DNA of 64,000 nucleotides from Sphingomonas sp. (GTDB taxonomy: Bacteria > Pseudomonadota > Alphaproteobacteria > Sphingomonadales > Sphingomonadaceae), in assembly GCF_025353885.1 (NCBI RefSeq), contig NZ_JANXNX010000085.1:13308-77307 (forward strand), in the 5' to 3' direction. How positions within the stretch are numbered: the first letter of the stretch is position 1; each line of letters starts with the position of its first letter. This document shows, one piece after another, positions 46,782 through 56,738 of the stretch. The position numbers and the translations under genes are program-made. The notes under the pieces were generated by a model, which saw only the letters and a program-made list of their open reading frames with translations, was not told the origin of the DNA and did no database searches.

Positions 46782-48052
46782 ATATGGAAACTCATATCGA
46801 GGCCGACCACGATGCCGAGGTCAGGCCCGCGATCGGCAGGTTCAAGCGCCTGTCACCCTGGCAGCGCGTGACGCTGGTCGCGTTGCCGGTCGTCCTCATC
46901 GGCACAGTCGGTGCAAAACTCATCAGCGCTCCTGCGCCCGTGGCCGCCCCCCCTCCCCCGATGGTCACGGTCGCGGCACCTCTCATTCGCCAAGTCAGCG
47001 AATGGGATGACTATGTCGGTCGCTTTGCCCCCAGCCGCACGGTCGAGATTCGACCGCGCGTGGCTGGCGAAGTGACCGGCATCTTTTTTCATGACGGCGA
47101 TATCGTTCGCAAGGGGCAGTTGCTGTTTACCATCGATGATCGTCCGTTCGCGGCGGCGGTGGCAGAGGCACGCGCCAATGCGGCCAGCGCATCGAGCGCC
47201 CTGGCACTGGCGCGAACCGACCTTAGCCGGGCTAACCGCCTGATCGGCGACGAGGCAATTTCTGCGGGTGAAGTTGATTCGCTGCGGGCCAAGGTGTCGG
47301 CTGCCGTTGCCGCGCTTGCCGCCGCGAACGCCCGGGTCCGGGCAAGGTCGCTTGACGTCGAGTTTACCCGGGTGCGCGCGCCGATCGGGGGCCGGATTTC
47401 GGATCGTCGCGTCGATGCAGGCAACCAGGTCGCGGGCGGCGAAGGCACCGGTGGGACGGTATTGACCACGATCAACGCACTCGATCCGATCTATTTCAAC
47501 TTTGACGGGTCGGAAGCCCTATACCTGAAGAACCAGCGCGCCAGACAGCCGGGGGCCATCCCGGCATCGGTCGAAATCCAGTTGCAGGATGAAACCGAAC
47601 ACCGGTGGAAGGGAAAGCTCGACTTCACCGACAATGGTCTCGACCAGCGGTCGGGCACGATCCGGGGCCGCGCCATCCTCGCCAATCCCGGTTATTTCCT
47701 GACGCCTGGTATGTTCGGCAACATGCGCCTAGCCAGCGGCGCGAAGTCCGATGCCCTGCTGGTCCCCGATGCGTCGGTCCAGACCGACCAGGCGCGAAAG
47801 GTCGTACTGACTGTCGATTCGAAGGGGCAGGTTGTCGCCAAGCCAGTGACTACCGGTCCGGTCGTCGACGGACTGCGCGTCATTCGTTCGGGGCTGAACG
47901 TCAATGATCGGATCGTGATCACCGGTATCCAGTTTGCCGCACCGGGTTCCCAGGTCAGGACTCGTGTCGGCAAATATTCTGCCGAAGCTGGTCCCGCCGC
48001 CAGCGGTGCATCTGTGCCGACCCCCGGCGAAGCCACGCTCGGCGCACGCTAA
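46778..48052 (+). CDS. Efflux RND transporter periplasmic adaptor subunit (MFP)
   Basis: N-terminal TM anchor, then lipoyl/hairpin/beta-barrel pattern (VEIRPRVAGEVTGIFFHDGDIVRKGQLLFTIDDRPF..., coiled-coil hairpin, VRAPIGGRISD). Confidence 0.9.
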   Translation: MNMETHIEADHDAEVRPAIGRFKRLSPWQRVTLVALPVVLIGTVGAKLISAPAPVAAPPPPMVTVAAPLIRQVSEWDDYVGRFAPSRTVEIRPRVAGEVTGIFFHDGDIVRKGQLLFTIDDRPFAAAVAEARANAASASSALALARTDLSRANRLIGDEAISAGEVDSLRAKVSAAVAALAAANARVRARSLDVEFTRVRAPIGGRISDRRVDAGNQVAGGEGTGGTVLTTINALDPIYFNFDGSEALYLKNQRARQPGAIPASVEIQLQDETEHRWKGKLDFTDNGLDQRSGTIRGRAILANPGYFLTPGMFGNMRLASGAKSDALLVPDASVQTDQARKVVLTVDSKGQVVAKPVTTGPVVDGLRVIRSGLNVNDRIVITGIQFAAPGSQVRTRVGKYSAEAGPAASGASVPTPGEATLGAR

Positions 48053-48076
48053 CTCCTCTACCCAAGGGATAACCCG

Positions 48077-51000
48077 ATGCGGTTCTCACGCTTTTTCATC
48101 ACGCGGCCCATTTTTGCCGCGGTGATCGCGATTGTCATCACGATCATCGGTGCGGTGGCCTATTTCACGCTGCCGATTTCGCAATATCCCGACATCGTGC
48201 CGCCAACGGTCACGGTTACGGCAGGTTATCCCGGTGCCTCCGCCGAAACCGTTGCAGAAACCGTGGCTGCCCCGATCGAGCAAGAAATCAACGGCGTCGA
48301 CAACATGCTGTACCAGTCGTCGAACTCAACCGGCGATGGCAATGTCACGATCACGGTGACGTTCAAGATCGGCACCGATCTCGATGCGGCGCAGGTCCTC
48401 GTCCAGAACCGCGTTGCCATTGCGGTGCCCCGCCTGCCCGAGGAAGTTCAGCGGCTCGGCATCGTCACGCGCAAGACTTCGCCCGATTTCCTGATGGTCG
48501 TCAATCTGGTGTCGCCCGACAACTCGCTGGATCGCGGCTATGTCTCCAACTATGCGCTGACCCAGGTGCGCGACCGCTTGAGCCGCATCGACGGTGTCGG
48601 TGACGTTCGCTTGTTCGGATCGCGTGACTATTCGATGCGGGTCTGGATCGATCCGGGCCGCGCCGCCGCCCTCGACCTGACGGCTGGTGAAATCGTTGCC
48701 GCCCTGCGAGCGCAGAATGTCCAGGTGTCGGCGGGCACCCTCGGCCAGCCTCCCTATGCCACCGGCAACGCGTTCCAGGTCAACGTAGAGACCCAGGGTC
48801 GCCTGACCGACCCCGCTCAATTTGCCGATGTCGTCATACGCACCGACGCTGATGGGCGGCAGGTGAAGGTTTCCGATGTTGCCCGTGTCGAACTGGGATC
48901 GCAGGACTATAACGTAAACACCTATCTCAGTGGCAAGCCGACCGTCGTGCTCGGGGTGTTCCAGCGCCCGGGATCGAATGCGCTGGCCGCAGCTGCGGGT
49001 ATCAACACCGCCATGGAGACCATGTCGAAGCGTTTCCCCAAGGGCCTCGCTTATTCGGTGATCTACAATCCGACCGAATTCATCTCCCAGTCGATCGATG
49101 CGGTGAAGCATACCTTGTTTGAGGCCGTCATCCTGGTGGTGCTCGTTATTCTGGTCTTCCTCCAGAAATGGCGCGCGGCGATCATACCGGTCATCGCCAT
49201 CCCGGTTTCCCTGATCGGGACCTTCGCCGTGCTGTCAGCCGCCGGCTATTCGCTCAACAACCTGTCGTTGTTCGGCCTGGTGCTCGCCATCGGCATCGTT
49301 GTCGATGACGCGATCGTCGTGGTCGAAAATGTCGAGCGCAATCTGGAAGGGGGCCTGTCCCCGCTCGAAGCCGCGCGCACGTCAATGGACGAGGTTTCGG
49401 GCGCACTTGTCGCAATTGTGCTGGTGTTGTTCGCAGTGTTCGTGCCGACGATCTTCCTGACCGGCCTGTCGGGCGCCTTTTATCGTCAGTTTGCCGTGAC
49501 CATTTCGACCGCCACGGCAATCTCGCTGGTCCTGTCACTGACACTGTCACCGGCACTGGCCGCGATCTTGCTGAAGCCGACCGAACACGCCGACACCGGT
49601 GGCCCAATCAAGCGCTTCTTCCGCCGGGTCGGTGACAGGTTCAACGATGGCTTCGAGCGCCTGGGACACAGCTATGCCCGACTAACCCGCCGGCTGGTCA
49701 ATGCGCCCCGCAAGATGATGACCGCTTATGCCGCACTGATCGCGCTGACTGCGGTAATTTTCATGATTACGCCCAGTGGCTTCGTGCCAGCGCAGGACCA
49801 GGGGTATTTTCTGACGATCATCAAACTGCCCGCCGGTGCCTCGGTCGAGCGGACCGATGCCGTCATGCGAAAGGTCGCCAAGCGCATCCTGCCGCTGGCC
49901 GGCGTCAAGGGAGCGGTCATGCTCGCCGGGTTCGATGGGCCTTCGCAAACGCTCGCCCCGAATTCCGCAGCCGCCTATATTCCGCTCAAGAGCTTTGAGG
50001 AGCGCGCCAAACTGGGTGTAACGCTCGGCAGCATCATGGGGGAGGCGGAGAAGGCCACCTCCGATATCGACGAAGCCGTTCTACTGCTGGTGCCACCACC
50101 GCTCATTCAGGGCATCGGCTCGGCGGGTGGTTATCGCATGATGCTGCAGGACCAGTCCGGCAATGGTTATGCCGCGCTCAACAAGACCGCGCAGGACCTG
50201 ATCGCAAAGGCCAATCAGACCAGGGGTCTGGCGAGGATCTATACTTTCTTCGAAGCATCGACGCCGCGCATCTTTGCCAATATCGACCGGGCAAAGGCCA
50301 ATTTGCTGGGTGTACCGCCTGAACGCGTGTTCGAAGCGTTGCAGGTCTATCTTGGGTCGGCATTCGTCAACGACTTCAACCTGCTGGGTCGAACCTATCG
50401 CGTGACGGCCCAGGCCGATGCTCCGTTTCGCAACACGACCGCCGACATCGCAAACCTGAAGACCCGGTCGAATTCGGGGGCGATGGTGCCGATCGGTTCG
50501 GTCGCGACATTCAGCGATAAGACCGGACCGTATCGCGTCGAGCGTTACAATCTGTCGCCTGCGGTCGACATCAATGGCGACACCGCGCCCGGTTTCTCGT
50601 CAGGACAATCGCTGGCAACGATGGACAAGCTGGCCGACGCCACCCTGCCCAGCGGATACAGTCACGAATGGACCGACATCGCCTATCAGCAGCAGGCAGC
50701 GGGCAGCACGGCCGGCCTGGTCTTCCTGCTGGCGGTGGTGTTCGTCTTCCTGGTGCTGGCGGCGCAATATGAGAGCGTGACGCTGCCGCTGGCGATCATC
50801 ATGATCGTGCCGATGTGCCTGCTGGCGGCGATGACCGGCGTCAATTTGCGCGGGATGGACAACAACGTCCTGACGCAGATCGGGCTGGTGGTGCTGATCG
50901 CCCTGGCCGCCAAGAACGCCATTCTGGTGGTCGAATTTGCCAAGCAGGCCGAGGAAGAGGACGGTATGTCGCCCGTTGAAGCCGCCATCCACGCGGCACA

Positions 51001-51250
51001 GTCGCGCCTGCGTCCGATCCTGATGACCAGCTTTGCCTTCATCCTCGGCACGTTGCCGTTGGTGATCGCGACGGGGGCCGGGTCCGAACTGCGCCAGGCA
51101 CTCGGCACAGCAGTGTTCTTCGGGATGATCGGCGTCACCGCGTTCGGACTGTTGTTCACGCCGACATTCTATGTGGTCTGCCGCGCTCTCGGTTTGCGTT
51201 TTGCGCGCAAGCCCAAAGTTCAGCCCGCCATTCTTCAGCCCGCCGAATAG
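48077..51250 (+). CDS. Efflux RND transporter permease (HAE1/AcrB family)
   Basis: 1057 aa, MRFSRFFITRPIFAAVIAIVITIIG..., with 12-TM architecture and two large periplasmic loops. The conserved VVDDAIVVVENVER motif is present. Confidence 0.97.
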   Translation: MRFSRFFITRPIFAAVIAIVITIIGAVAYFTLPISQYPDIVPPTVTVTAGYPGASAETVAETVAAPIEQEINGVDNMLYQSSNSTGDGNVTITVTFKIGTDLDAAQVLVQNRVAIAVPRLPEEVQRLGIVTRKTSPDFLMVVNLVSPDNSLDRGYVSNYALTQVRDRLSRIDGVGDVRLFGSRDYSMRVWIDPGRAAALDLTAGEIVAALRAQNVQVSAGTLGQPPYATGNAFQVNVETQGRLTDPAQFADVVIRTDADGRQVKVSDVARVELGSQDYNVNTYLSGKPTVVLGVFQRPGSNALAAAAGINTAMETMSKRFPKGLAYSVIYNPTEFISQSIDAVKHTLFEAVILVVLVILVFLQKWRAAIIPVIAIPVSLIGTFAVLSAAGYSLNNLSLFGLVLAIGIVVDDAIVVVENVERNLEGGLSPLEAARTSMDEVSGALVAIVLVLFAVFVPTIFLTGLSGAFYRQFAVTISTATAISLVLSLTLSPALAAILLKPTEHADTGGPIKRFFRRVGDRFNDGFERLGHSYARLTRRLVNAPRKMMTAYAALIALTAVIFMITPSGFVPAQDQGYFLTIIKLPAGASVERTDAVMRKVAKRILPLAGVKGAVMLAGFDGPSQTLAPNSAAAYIPLKSFEERAKLGVTLGSIMGEAEKATSDIDEAVLLLVPPPLIQGIGSAGGYRMMLQDQSGNGYAALNKTAQDLIAKANQTRGLARIYTFFEASTPRIFANIDRAKANLLGVPPERVFEALQVYLGSAFVNDFNLLGRTYRVTAQADAPFRNTTADIANLKTRSNSGAMVPIGSVATFSDKTGPYRVERYNLSPAVDINGDTAPGFSSGQSLATMDKLADATLPSGYSHEWTDIAYQQQAAGSTAGLVFLLAVVFVFLVLAAQYESVTLPLAIIMIVPMCLLAAMTGVNLRGMDNNVLTQIGLVVLIALAAKNAILVVEFAKQAEEEDGMSPVEAAIHAAQSRLRPILMTSFAFILGTLPLVIATGAGSELRQALGTAVFFGMIGVTAFGLLFTPTFYVVCRALGLRFARKPKVQPAILQPAE

Positions 51251-51262
51251 GAGCGGCCCGTT

Positions 51263-52681
51263 ATGAAACATACATTCTGGCTCACATCGCTGTCGGCACT
51301 GGCACTATCGGCCTGCGCCGCTGGTCCTGATTACGTGGCACCCCTGCCCGCGCCCAAGTCGGCCGGTCCGTTCATCGGGGCGGCAAACCCGGCGGTTGCC
51401 GCCGGGCCGACAACCGAACTCTGGTGGCGGCTCTATGACGACCCGGTCCTCGATGGGCTGGTCAGCGATGCCCTGGCGGCAAACACCGACATTCGCGTGG
51501 CCGTCGCCCGGCTCGACAAGGCGCGCGCTTCGCTGCGCGGGGCGCGGTCGGAGCGGCTGCCACAGACCAATATCGGCGCAAGCGGAACGCGCGGGCGAAA
51601 CGCTGAGGAACAGACCTTTCCGGGGGCCGACCGCAATGGGTCGTCGTTCGATGTCGGGCTCGACATTTCCTATGAACTGGATTTGTCGGGCCGGGTCAGC
51701 CGCAACATCGAGGCTGCGCGCGGTGACGTGAAAGCCGCCGACGCCGACGCCGATGCGGTCCGGGTCGCCATCGTCTCGGCAACCACGCGCGCCTATGTCG
51801 ATGCCGCCTCTTCGGCAGAACGACTGGGCGTCGCCAATCGGGTCGTAGCGCTGCTCGACAAGTCGGCCACGCTGACGGCCAAGCGGGCCGATGCCGGGCG
51901 CGCATCGCGGCTGGAGGTGGTCCGGACCCAGACCCTACGCGACCAGCGCACCGCCCTGGTCCCGGCGATCGAGGCCGAGCGCCAGGCGTCGCTGTTCAGG
52001 CTCGCCACGCTCACGGGCCGGACGCCGCAGGAATTGCCACTCTTGGCATCGGCTCGGACGACGACGCCGCGCATGGGGCAACCGATACCGGTCGGCGATG
52101 GCGCGATGCTGCTCATGCGACGCCCCGACGTCCGCGCCGCTGAACGCCGGTTGGCCGCCGCAACCGCGCGGATCGGTGTCGCCACGGCAGACCTCTACCC
52201 GCGTATATCGCTGGGCGGGTCGGTCGGATCAAACGCATCGAGTCTGGGCGACCTGTTCGGCGGCGGCGCGCTGCGATTCCTGATCGGCCCCCTGATCAGC
52301 TGGTCGTTTCCCAACGTCAGCGCCGCCCGCGCACGGATAGCAGCAAGCGAAGCCGATGCGCGCGAAGCCCTCGCCCGTTTCGACGGGGTGGTGCTGACCG
52401 CGCTCGAGGAGACCGAAACTGCTCTGTCCAACTACACGCATGAGATCGAGCGACACGCGGCACTCCAGGCGGCACAAGACGGGGCTGCCACGGCGTCGCG
52501 CATTACCCATGCCCGTCAGCGCGAGGGACAGATCGATTTCCTGAATGTGCTGGATGCCGACCGGACATCTGCCGATGCCGAAGCCGATCTAGCTGCGTCC
52601 GATGCCCGGATCGCGCAGGCGCAAGTCGAATTGTTTCGCGCGCTGGGTGGCGGTTGGGAAAAACACCCAACCGCGTCCTGA
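51263..52681 (+). CDS. Efflux transporter outer-membrane factor lipoprotein (NodT/OprM family)
   Basis: Lipobox LALSAC followed by AAGPDYVAP, the characteristic NodT-family N-terminus. Two OEP repeats. C-terminal ALGGGW. Confidence 0.92.
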   Translation: MKHTFWLTSLSALALSACAAGPDYVAPLPAPKSAGPFIGAANPAVAAGPTTELWWRLYDDPVLDGLVSDALAANTDIRVAVARLDKARASLRGARSERLPQTNIGASGTRGRNAEEQTFPGADRNGSSFDVGLDISYELDLSGRVSRNIEAARGDVKAADADADAVRVAIVSATTRAYVDAASSAERLGVANRVVALLDKSATLTAKRADAGRASRLEVVRTQTLRDQRTALVPAIEAERQASLFRLATLTGRTPQELPLLASARTTTPRMGQPIPVGDGAMLLMRRPDVRAAERRLAAATARIGVATADLYPRISLGGSVGSNASSLGDLFGGGALRFLIGPLISWSFPNVSAARARIAASEADAREALARFDGVVLTALEETETALSNYTHEIERHAALQAAQDGAATASRITHARQREGQIDFLNVLDADRTSADAEADLAASDARIAQAQVELFRALGGGWEKHPTAS

Positions 52682-52682
52682 T

Positions 52683-52898
52683 CTATTTCATCTTGGTCGA
52701 GCTGGTCCGGCGAACCGGACCCGTCAGGACCTTCGATCCATAGGCCTTGGCAACTGCGGCTGCGCCTTCGCCATTCATCAGAACGACGCGCGTGCCGCCC
52801 GAAAGCAACTTTTCGATCGCGCTGATCGTGGCCTTTTGCTTGGCGCACGTGGCGACGACATGGTCGTGATCGGCGTCGATGTTGAGTGCGCGTGACAT
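52683..52898 (-). CDS. Hypothetical small protein (71 aa)
   Basis: ATG 52898 is preceded by AAGGAAAA. MSRALNIDADHDHVVATCAKQKATISAIEKLLSGGTRVVLMNGEG.... No family assigned. Its stop lies 1 nt from the convergent OMF stop. Confidence 0.5.
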   Translation of the reverse strand: MSRALNIDADHDHVVATCAKQKATISAIEKLLSGGTRVVLMNGEGAAAVAKAYGSKVLTGPVRRTSSTKMK

Positions 52899-53093
52899 CA
52901 ATGTTTTCCTTTTCCGTCGTTATTGAGATTATCTTCGACGCGACCGGATTGGCCCGTCTCCGCTATCGCAGCGTTTAACACGGCAGCGTTATAGAGTTTC
53001 TTCACGATAGTCGCGCCCTGAAGCGTTTTGGCCAGGCAGGTTCTGGGTATCGGTTCCACATTTAACGGACTTTCAGAATGATCATGGCTTTGT

Positions 53094-54473
53094 TCAGTTT
53101 ACCCATGTCGGCGAGTGCGAGCCCAGCGCCACCGCCGGGCTGTCCCAACTCAATATCGAGCCATCAACGGCGATGGGTGAGCGCATCCTGAGCGCCGGTC
53201 CCCAAGTGGTGCGCTCAACCTCGTCGCCTAAATCTCCTGCATCGTCTTTGCGAAACTCATTTTCGCTAGGATTGGCTCGGTTGCTGCACAACAAATGCGC
53301 CGTTCGTGCCAGCGAAAGGCTTGCCTGCAGAAGCGGTTCGCCGCGAAGTCTCGCGGCCACACCTCGGATTGCGGCCGCGGCCATGAGATAGCCAGTAGCC
53401 TGATCAAGCGCCTGAACTGGCAGCGATATCGGCGCGTCCGAGGAACGCCACGCCATGCCTTGGGACGTAATACCGCAGGAAAACTGCACAAGACTGTCAA
53501 ACCCGCGCCGCGTCGCATATGGCCCCGAATGGCCATAAGCATTAAGTGATACGTCGATGAGACCGGGGCGTATGGCTTGCCGTGCGCTGGTTCCCAGCCC
53601 AAGCCGCTCCAGTGCATCGGCGCGATAGCCGTGAACCAAGATATCAGCTTCAGATAGCAGCCGCTCAAATGTGCTGCGTCCTTCTACATCGTGCAGGTCG
53701 AGCCGAGCGCAGCGTTTGCCGACAGTGACTTCAGGGATCACCCCCGGCTCGTCCCAGCTCGGCGGATCAATCCGCAGGACCTGTGCCCCGTATCCCGCGA
53801 GGAAGCGCGTCGCGACTGGCCCAGCCAACACCCTGGTCAGATCGAGGACGCGAAGTCCCGCCAACGGACGCTCACGGCTTGGTCGCCATTTGAAACTCGG
53901 ACTTACCAGCGGTGCACGATCCCAGAGGACCAACGGTTCGGAGGAGACGGCGCGGCCTTGCGGATGTGTCAGCCACTCCTCACCCGTTCGCAGCATCGCG
54001 GCACAGCCGCCTTCCGCCACCACGGAATGCTCAAGATCGCTGCCGGTCCATCTATGAACGGCGCTGACAACTCCGTCGCGATCTTCGGCGCAGCCCAGCA
54101 CGCGAAGCGCCGCCGCTTTGTGATGTGGGGCATTGGTATGTAATTTAATCCATCCATCGCGCGTGCGATAGTCACCGGCGATTGAGTCCCAAGGCGAGGG
54201 GAGGTCCCATCCCTGAGGGCGGATTGAAAAGCCGAACCACAATGATGCCAAGCGAGAGTCGATGGTGACATCTGCCAGTTTCCCGGCGGCACTCATAAGG
54301 TCAGCTAGTGCGAGGCCCGCCGCAGAGATAGACGCCACCGCAAGTTCGGTGACGGGAAAGCACGATGGTAGAGTGTATTCGCCAATGAAGCGCGAACGGC
54401 CAACAATATCTGAGCCTAGCCCCAAAGCCGCCACAATCTCGCTCTGCATCGCCCGTGCTGCGTCTCTATCCAT
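53094..54473 (-). CDS. Family III CoA-transferase (CaiB/BaiF-like)
   Basis: The second half shows PLAGLRVLDLTRVLAGPVATRFLAGYGAQVLRIDPP and a later ...GFDSLVQ.. region typical of CoA_transf_3. A ~190-aa N-terminal extension precedes it. Confidence 0.85.
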   Translation of the reverse strand: MDRDAARAMQSEIVAALGLGSDIVGRSRFIGEYTLPSCFPVTELAVASISAAGLALADLMSAAGKLADVTIDSRLASLWFGFSIRPQGWDLPSPWDSIAGDYRTRDGWIKLHTNAPHHKAAALRVLGCAEDRDGVVSAVHRWTGSDLEHSVVAEGGCAAMLRTGEEWLTHPQGRAVSSEPLVLWDRAPLVSPSFKWRPSRERPLAGLRVLDLTRVLAGPVATRFLAGYGAQVLRIDPPSWDEPGVIPEVTVGKRCARLDLHDVEGRSTFERLLSEADILVHGYRADALERLGLGTSARQAIRPGLIDVSLNAYGHSGPYATRRGFDSLVQFSCGITSQGMAWRSSDAPISLPVQALDQATGYLMAAAAIRGVAARLRGEPLLQASLSLARTAHLLCSNRANPSENEFRKDDAGDLGDEVERTTWGPALRMRSPIAVDGSILSWDSPAVALGSHSPTWVN

Positions 54474-54606
54474 TACGACCGTGAGACCAGTTCGCCGACC
54501 TTGAAGTGCTTATTCAACCGTGGACCGGACATCCTATTTCCTCAAGGACGATGGCTATTCCCTCAGGGACGATGGTGGCCGAGTGCGATCCACCGACCGA
54601 CCGCGG

Positions 54607-54801
54607 TTATTGTCCCTTTGCAGCCTTATTGACGGCGGCGCGCTCCGACGTGTCTTCAATCTGGAAAGCCATCGTGTCCCACGCTTCGGCAGCGCGTTCG
54701 TGCATCGCGCGGCGCTGCGGGAGAGTCGTTGCAGCGGCGGCAGCGCGCTCGGCGGTGGCGCGATCGCGAAGAATAGTGGCTTGGTCCAAAGCAAACTCCA
54801 T
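54607..54801 (-). CDS. Hypothetical small protein (64 aa)
   Basis: ATG 54801 gives MEFALDQATILRDRATAERAAAAATTLPQRRAMHERAAEAWDTMAFQIEDTSERAAVNKAAKGQ, predicted helical. There is no clear SD. The track start 54870 is a TTG. Confidence 0.35.
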   Translation of the reverse strand: MEFALDQATILRDRATAERAAAAATTLPQRRAMHERAAEAWDTMAFQIEDTSERAAVNKAAKGQ

Positions 54802-54896
54802 TCGTGTGAGTTGTGAATTTTCGGCAGTCAAGCAGTTCCATACAGGTTTGTCGCAAAAATGCCACGGCAATTGTCTGTGAATATTTACCGGCGCCG

Positions 54897-54921
54897 GGAA
54901 CGCTATCGCAGGCTCGCGGTT
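54897..54921 (+). promoter_or_regulatory. Candidate EcfG-type (general stress response sigma) promoter GGAAC-N16-GGTT
   Basis: GGAAC at 54897-54901, a 16-nt spacer, then GGTT at 54918-54921, about 26 nt upstream of the SRPBCC ATG. The alphaproteobacterial EcfG consensus is GGAAC-N16/17-CGTT, so there is one mismatch in the -10 element. Confidence 0.35.
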
Positions 54922-54946
54922 AAATCTTTGTTCTCAGGAGCTTATC

Positions 54947-55534
54947 ATGTCCGACCACGAATTCCACGCGTTCGACGACGCGCCTCCCTCGACGTCCAAA
55001 AAACTCGACGGGCAGGACGCTGCGACTGCTTCGCTAATTGAGCCCAAGGGTAGTGCCATCCTTGGACGAGCGGCGACGATCAACCGACCTAGTGCTGAAC
55101 TTTATGCCTATTGGCGTGATTTCTCCAATCTTGCGATGTTCATGGAAAATGTCGAGCGCATCGACGTGCTAGACGCCAATCGATCACACTGGGTCGTCAA
55201 GGCTCCCGCCGGCAAGACCGTCGAATGGGATGCACTCGTCACCGAAGATATCGAGGGGCAGGCAATCGCCTGGGCCTCTGCCGAGGGCGCCGATGTCGCC
55301 AACAGCGGGCGCGTCGAATTCGCCGATGCCGGACCCCGTGGAACGGTTGTCAATGTGACGATCAACTACGACCCGCCCGCAGGAACGATCGGCAAGATCA
55401 TTGCCAAGATGTTCCAGCGCGAGCCTTTCATCCAGGCACGTCGCGACCTGCGCCGTTTCAAGCAGCTGATGGAAACCGGTGAAATATCGACCAACGTTCG
55501 CAACTTGGCGACGCTCGAAAAAGAAAAGGACTGA
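54947..55534 (+). CDS. SRPBCC-family protein (polyketide cyclase/dehydrase-like fold)
   Basis: 195 aa. The core [67 protein letters not shown] fits the SRPBCC/Polyketide_cyc2 pattern. Confidence 0.8.
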   Translation: MSDHEFHAFDDAPPSTSKKLDGQDAATASLIEPKGSAILGRAATINRPSAELYAYWRDFSNLAMFMENVERIDVLDANRSHWVVKAPAGKTVEWDALVTEDIEGQAIAWASAEGADVANSGRVEFADAGPRGTVVNVTINYDPPAGTIGKIIAKMFQREPFIQARRDLRRFKQLMETGEISTNVRNLATLEKEKD

Positions 55535-55539
55535 CTGCG

Positions 55540-56724
55540 ATGCGCGCACTTGCCTGGCACGGAAAGCACGACGTTCGCGTCGATACCGTCGATGATCCCG
55601 ACATTGTTAATCCTCGCGACGCCATCATCAAGGTCACGTCGACTGCCATATGCGGTTCCGACCTGCACCTTTACGACGGGTATATCCCGACGATGAAAGC
55701 AGGCGACATTCTTGGTCATGAATTCATGGGCGAAGTTGTCGAGGTCGGCCCCAAATCCACGTTGCAAAAGGGCCAGCGCGTCGTCGTGCCTTTCACCATT
55801 GCCTGTGGCACCTGCTACCATTGCGGCAAGCAGCAATATTCGGCGTGCGACAACGGCAACCCTGCCGACAATCAGGATATTGCCGAAAAGCTGTACGGCC
55901 ATCCGATGTCGGGACTCTTCGGCTATAGCCATATGACCGGCGGCTACTCGGGTGGCCAGGCGGAATATGTGCGCGTCCCATTTTCCGATGTCGGCCCGAT
56001 CGTGATTCCCGATGGCATCGACGACGACAAGGTGCTGTTCCTGTCGGACATCCTGCCGACCGGCTGGCAGGCCGCCGAGAATGCCGATATCGAACCGGGT
56101 GATACGGTTGCGGTCTGGGGTTGCGGTCCAGTTGGGCTGTTTGCGATCCAGTCGGCATTCCTGCAGGGCGCGGACCGCGTCATCGCCATCGACCATTTTC
56201 CACGTCGGTTGGAACTGGCGCGCAACTTCGGCGCGGAAACGATCAACTTCGAGGAAACCGAAACCTACGAGGCACTTATGCAGATGACTGGCGGCGTGGG
56301 GCCGGACGCGTGCATCGACGCCGTGGGCCTGGAGGCGCACGGCTTTTTCGTCGACAACGTCGTCGACCAGATCAAGGCATCAACCTTCCTTGGCACCGAT
56401 CGCATTCATTCGATCCGCCAGGCAATCGTTGCCTGCCGCAAGGGCGGCCGCGTCTCGATGCCGGCGGTCTATGGCGGTATCGTCGATAAATTCCCGCTTG
56501 GTGCCTTCATGGAAAAAGGCCTGACGATGAAGACCGGCCAGACCCATGTGCAGCGTTACCTACCTGCGCTGCTGGCTGCGATCATCGATGGCAAGATCGA
56601 TACGACCTTCCTGATAAGCCACCTCCTGCCACTCGAGCAGGCCGCCGAGGGCTACAAGATTTTCCACGACAACCAGAATGAGGCCACAAAGGTTGTGCTG
56701 AAACCCGGCATGGTCTCGGTCTGA
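55540..56724 (+). CDS. Zinc-dependent alcohol dehydrogenase (formaldehyde-dehydrogenase-like MDR)
   Basis: [23 protein letters not shown], structural-zinc Cys cluster [15 protein letters not shown] and Rossmann motif VWGCGPVG. Confidence 0.92.
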   Translation: MRALAWHGKHDVRVDTVDDPDIVNPRDAIIKVTSTAICGSDLHLYDGYIPTMKAGDILGHEFMGEVVEVGPKSTLQKGQRVVVPFTIACGTCYHCGKQQYSACDNGNPADNQDIAEKLYGHPMSGLFGYSHMTGGYSGGQAEYVRVPFSDVGPIVIPDGIDDDKVLFLSDILPTGWQAAENADIEPGDTVAVWGCGPVGLFAIQSAFLQGADRVIAIDHFPRRLELARNFGAETINFEETETYEALMQMTGGVGPDACIDAVGLEAHGFFVDNVVDQIKASTFLGTDRIHSIRQAIVACRKGGRVSMPAVYGGIVDKFPLGAFMEKGLTMKTGQTHVQRYLPALLAAIIDGKIDTTFLISHLLPLEQAAEGYKIFHDNQNEATKVVLKPGMVSV

Positions 56725-56738
56725 CAGGAGAACGAACA

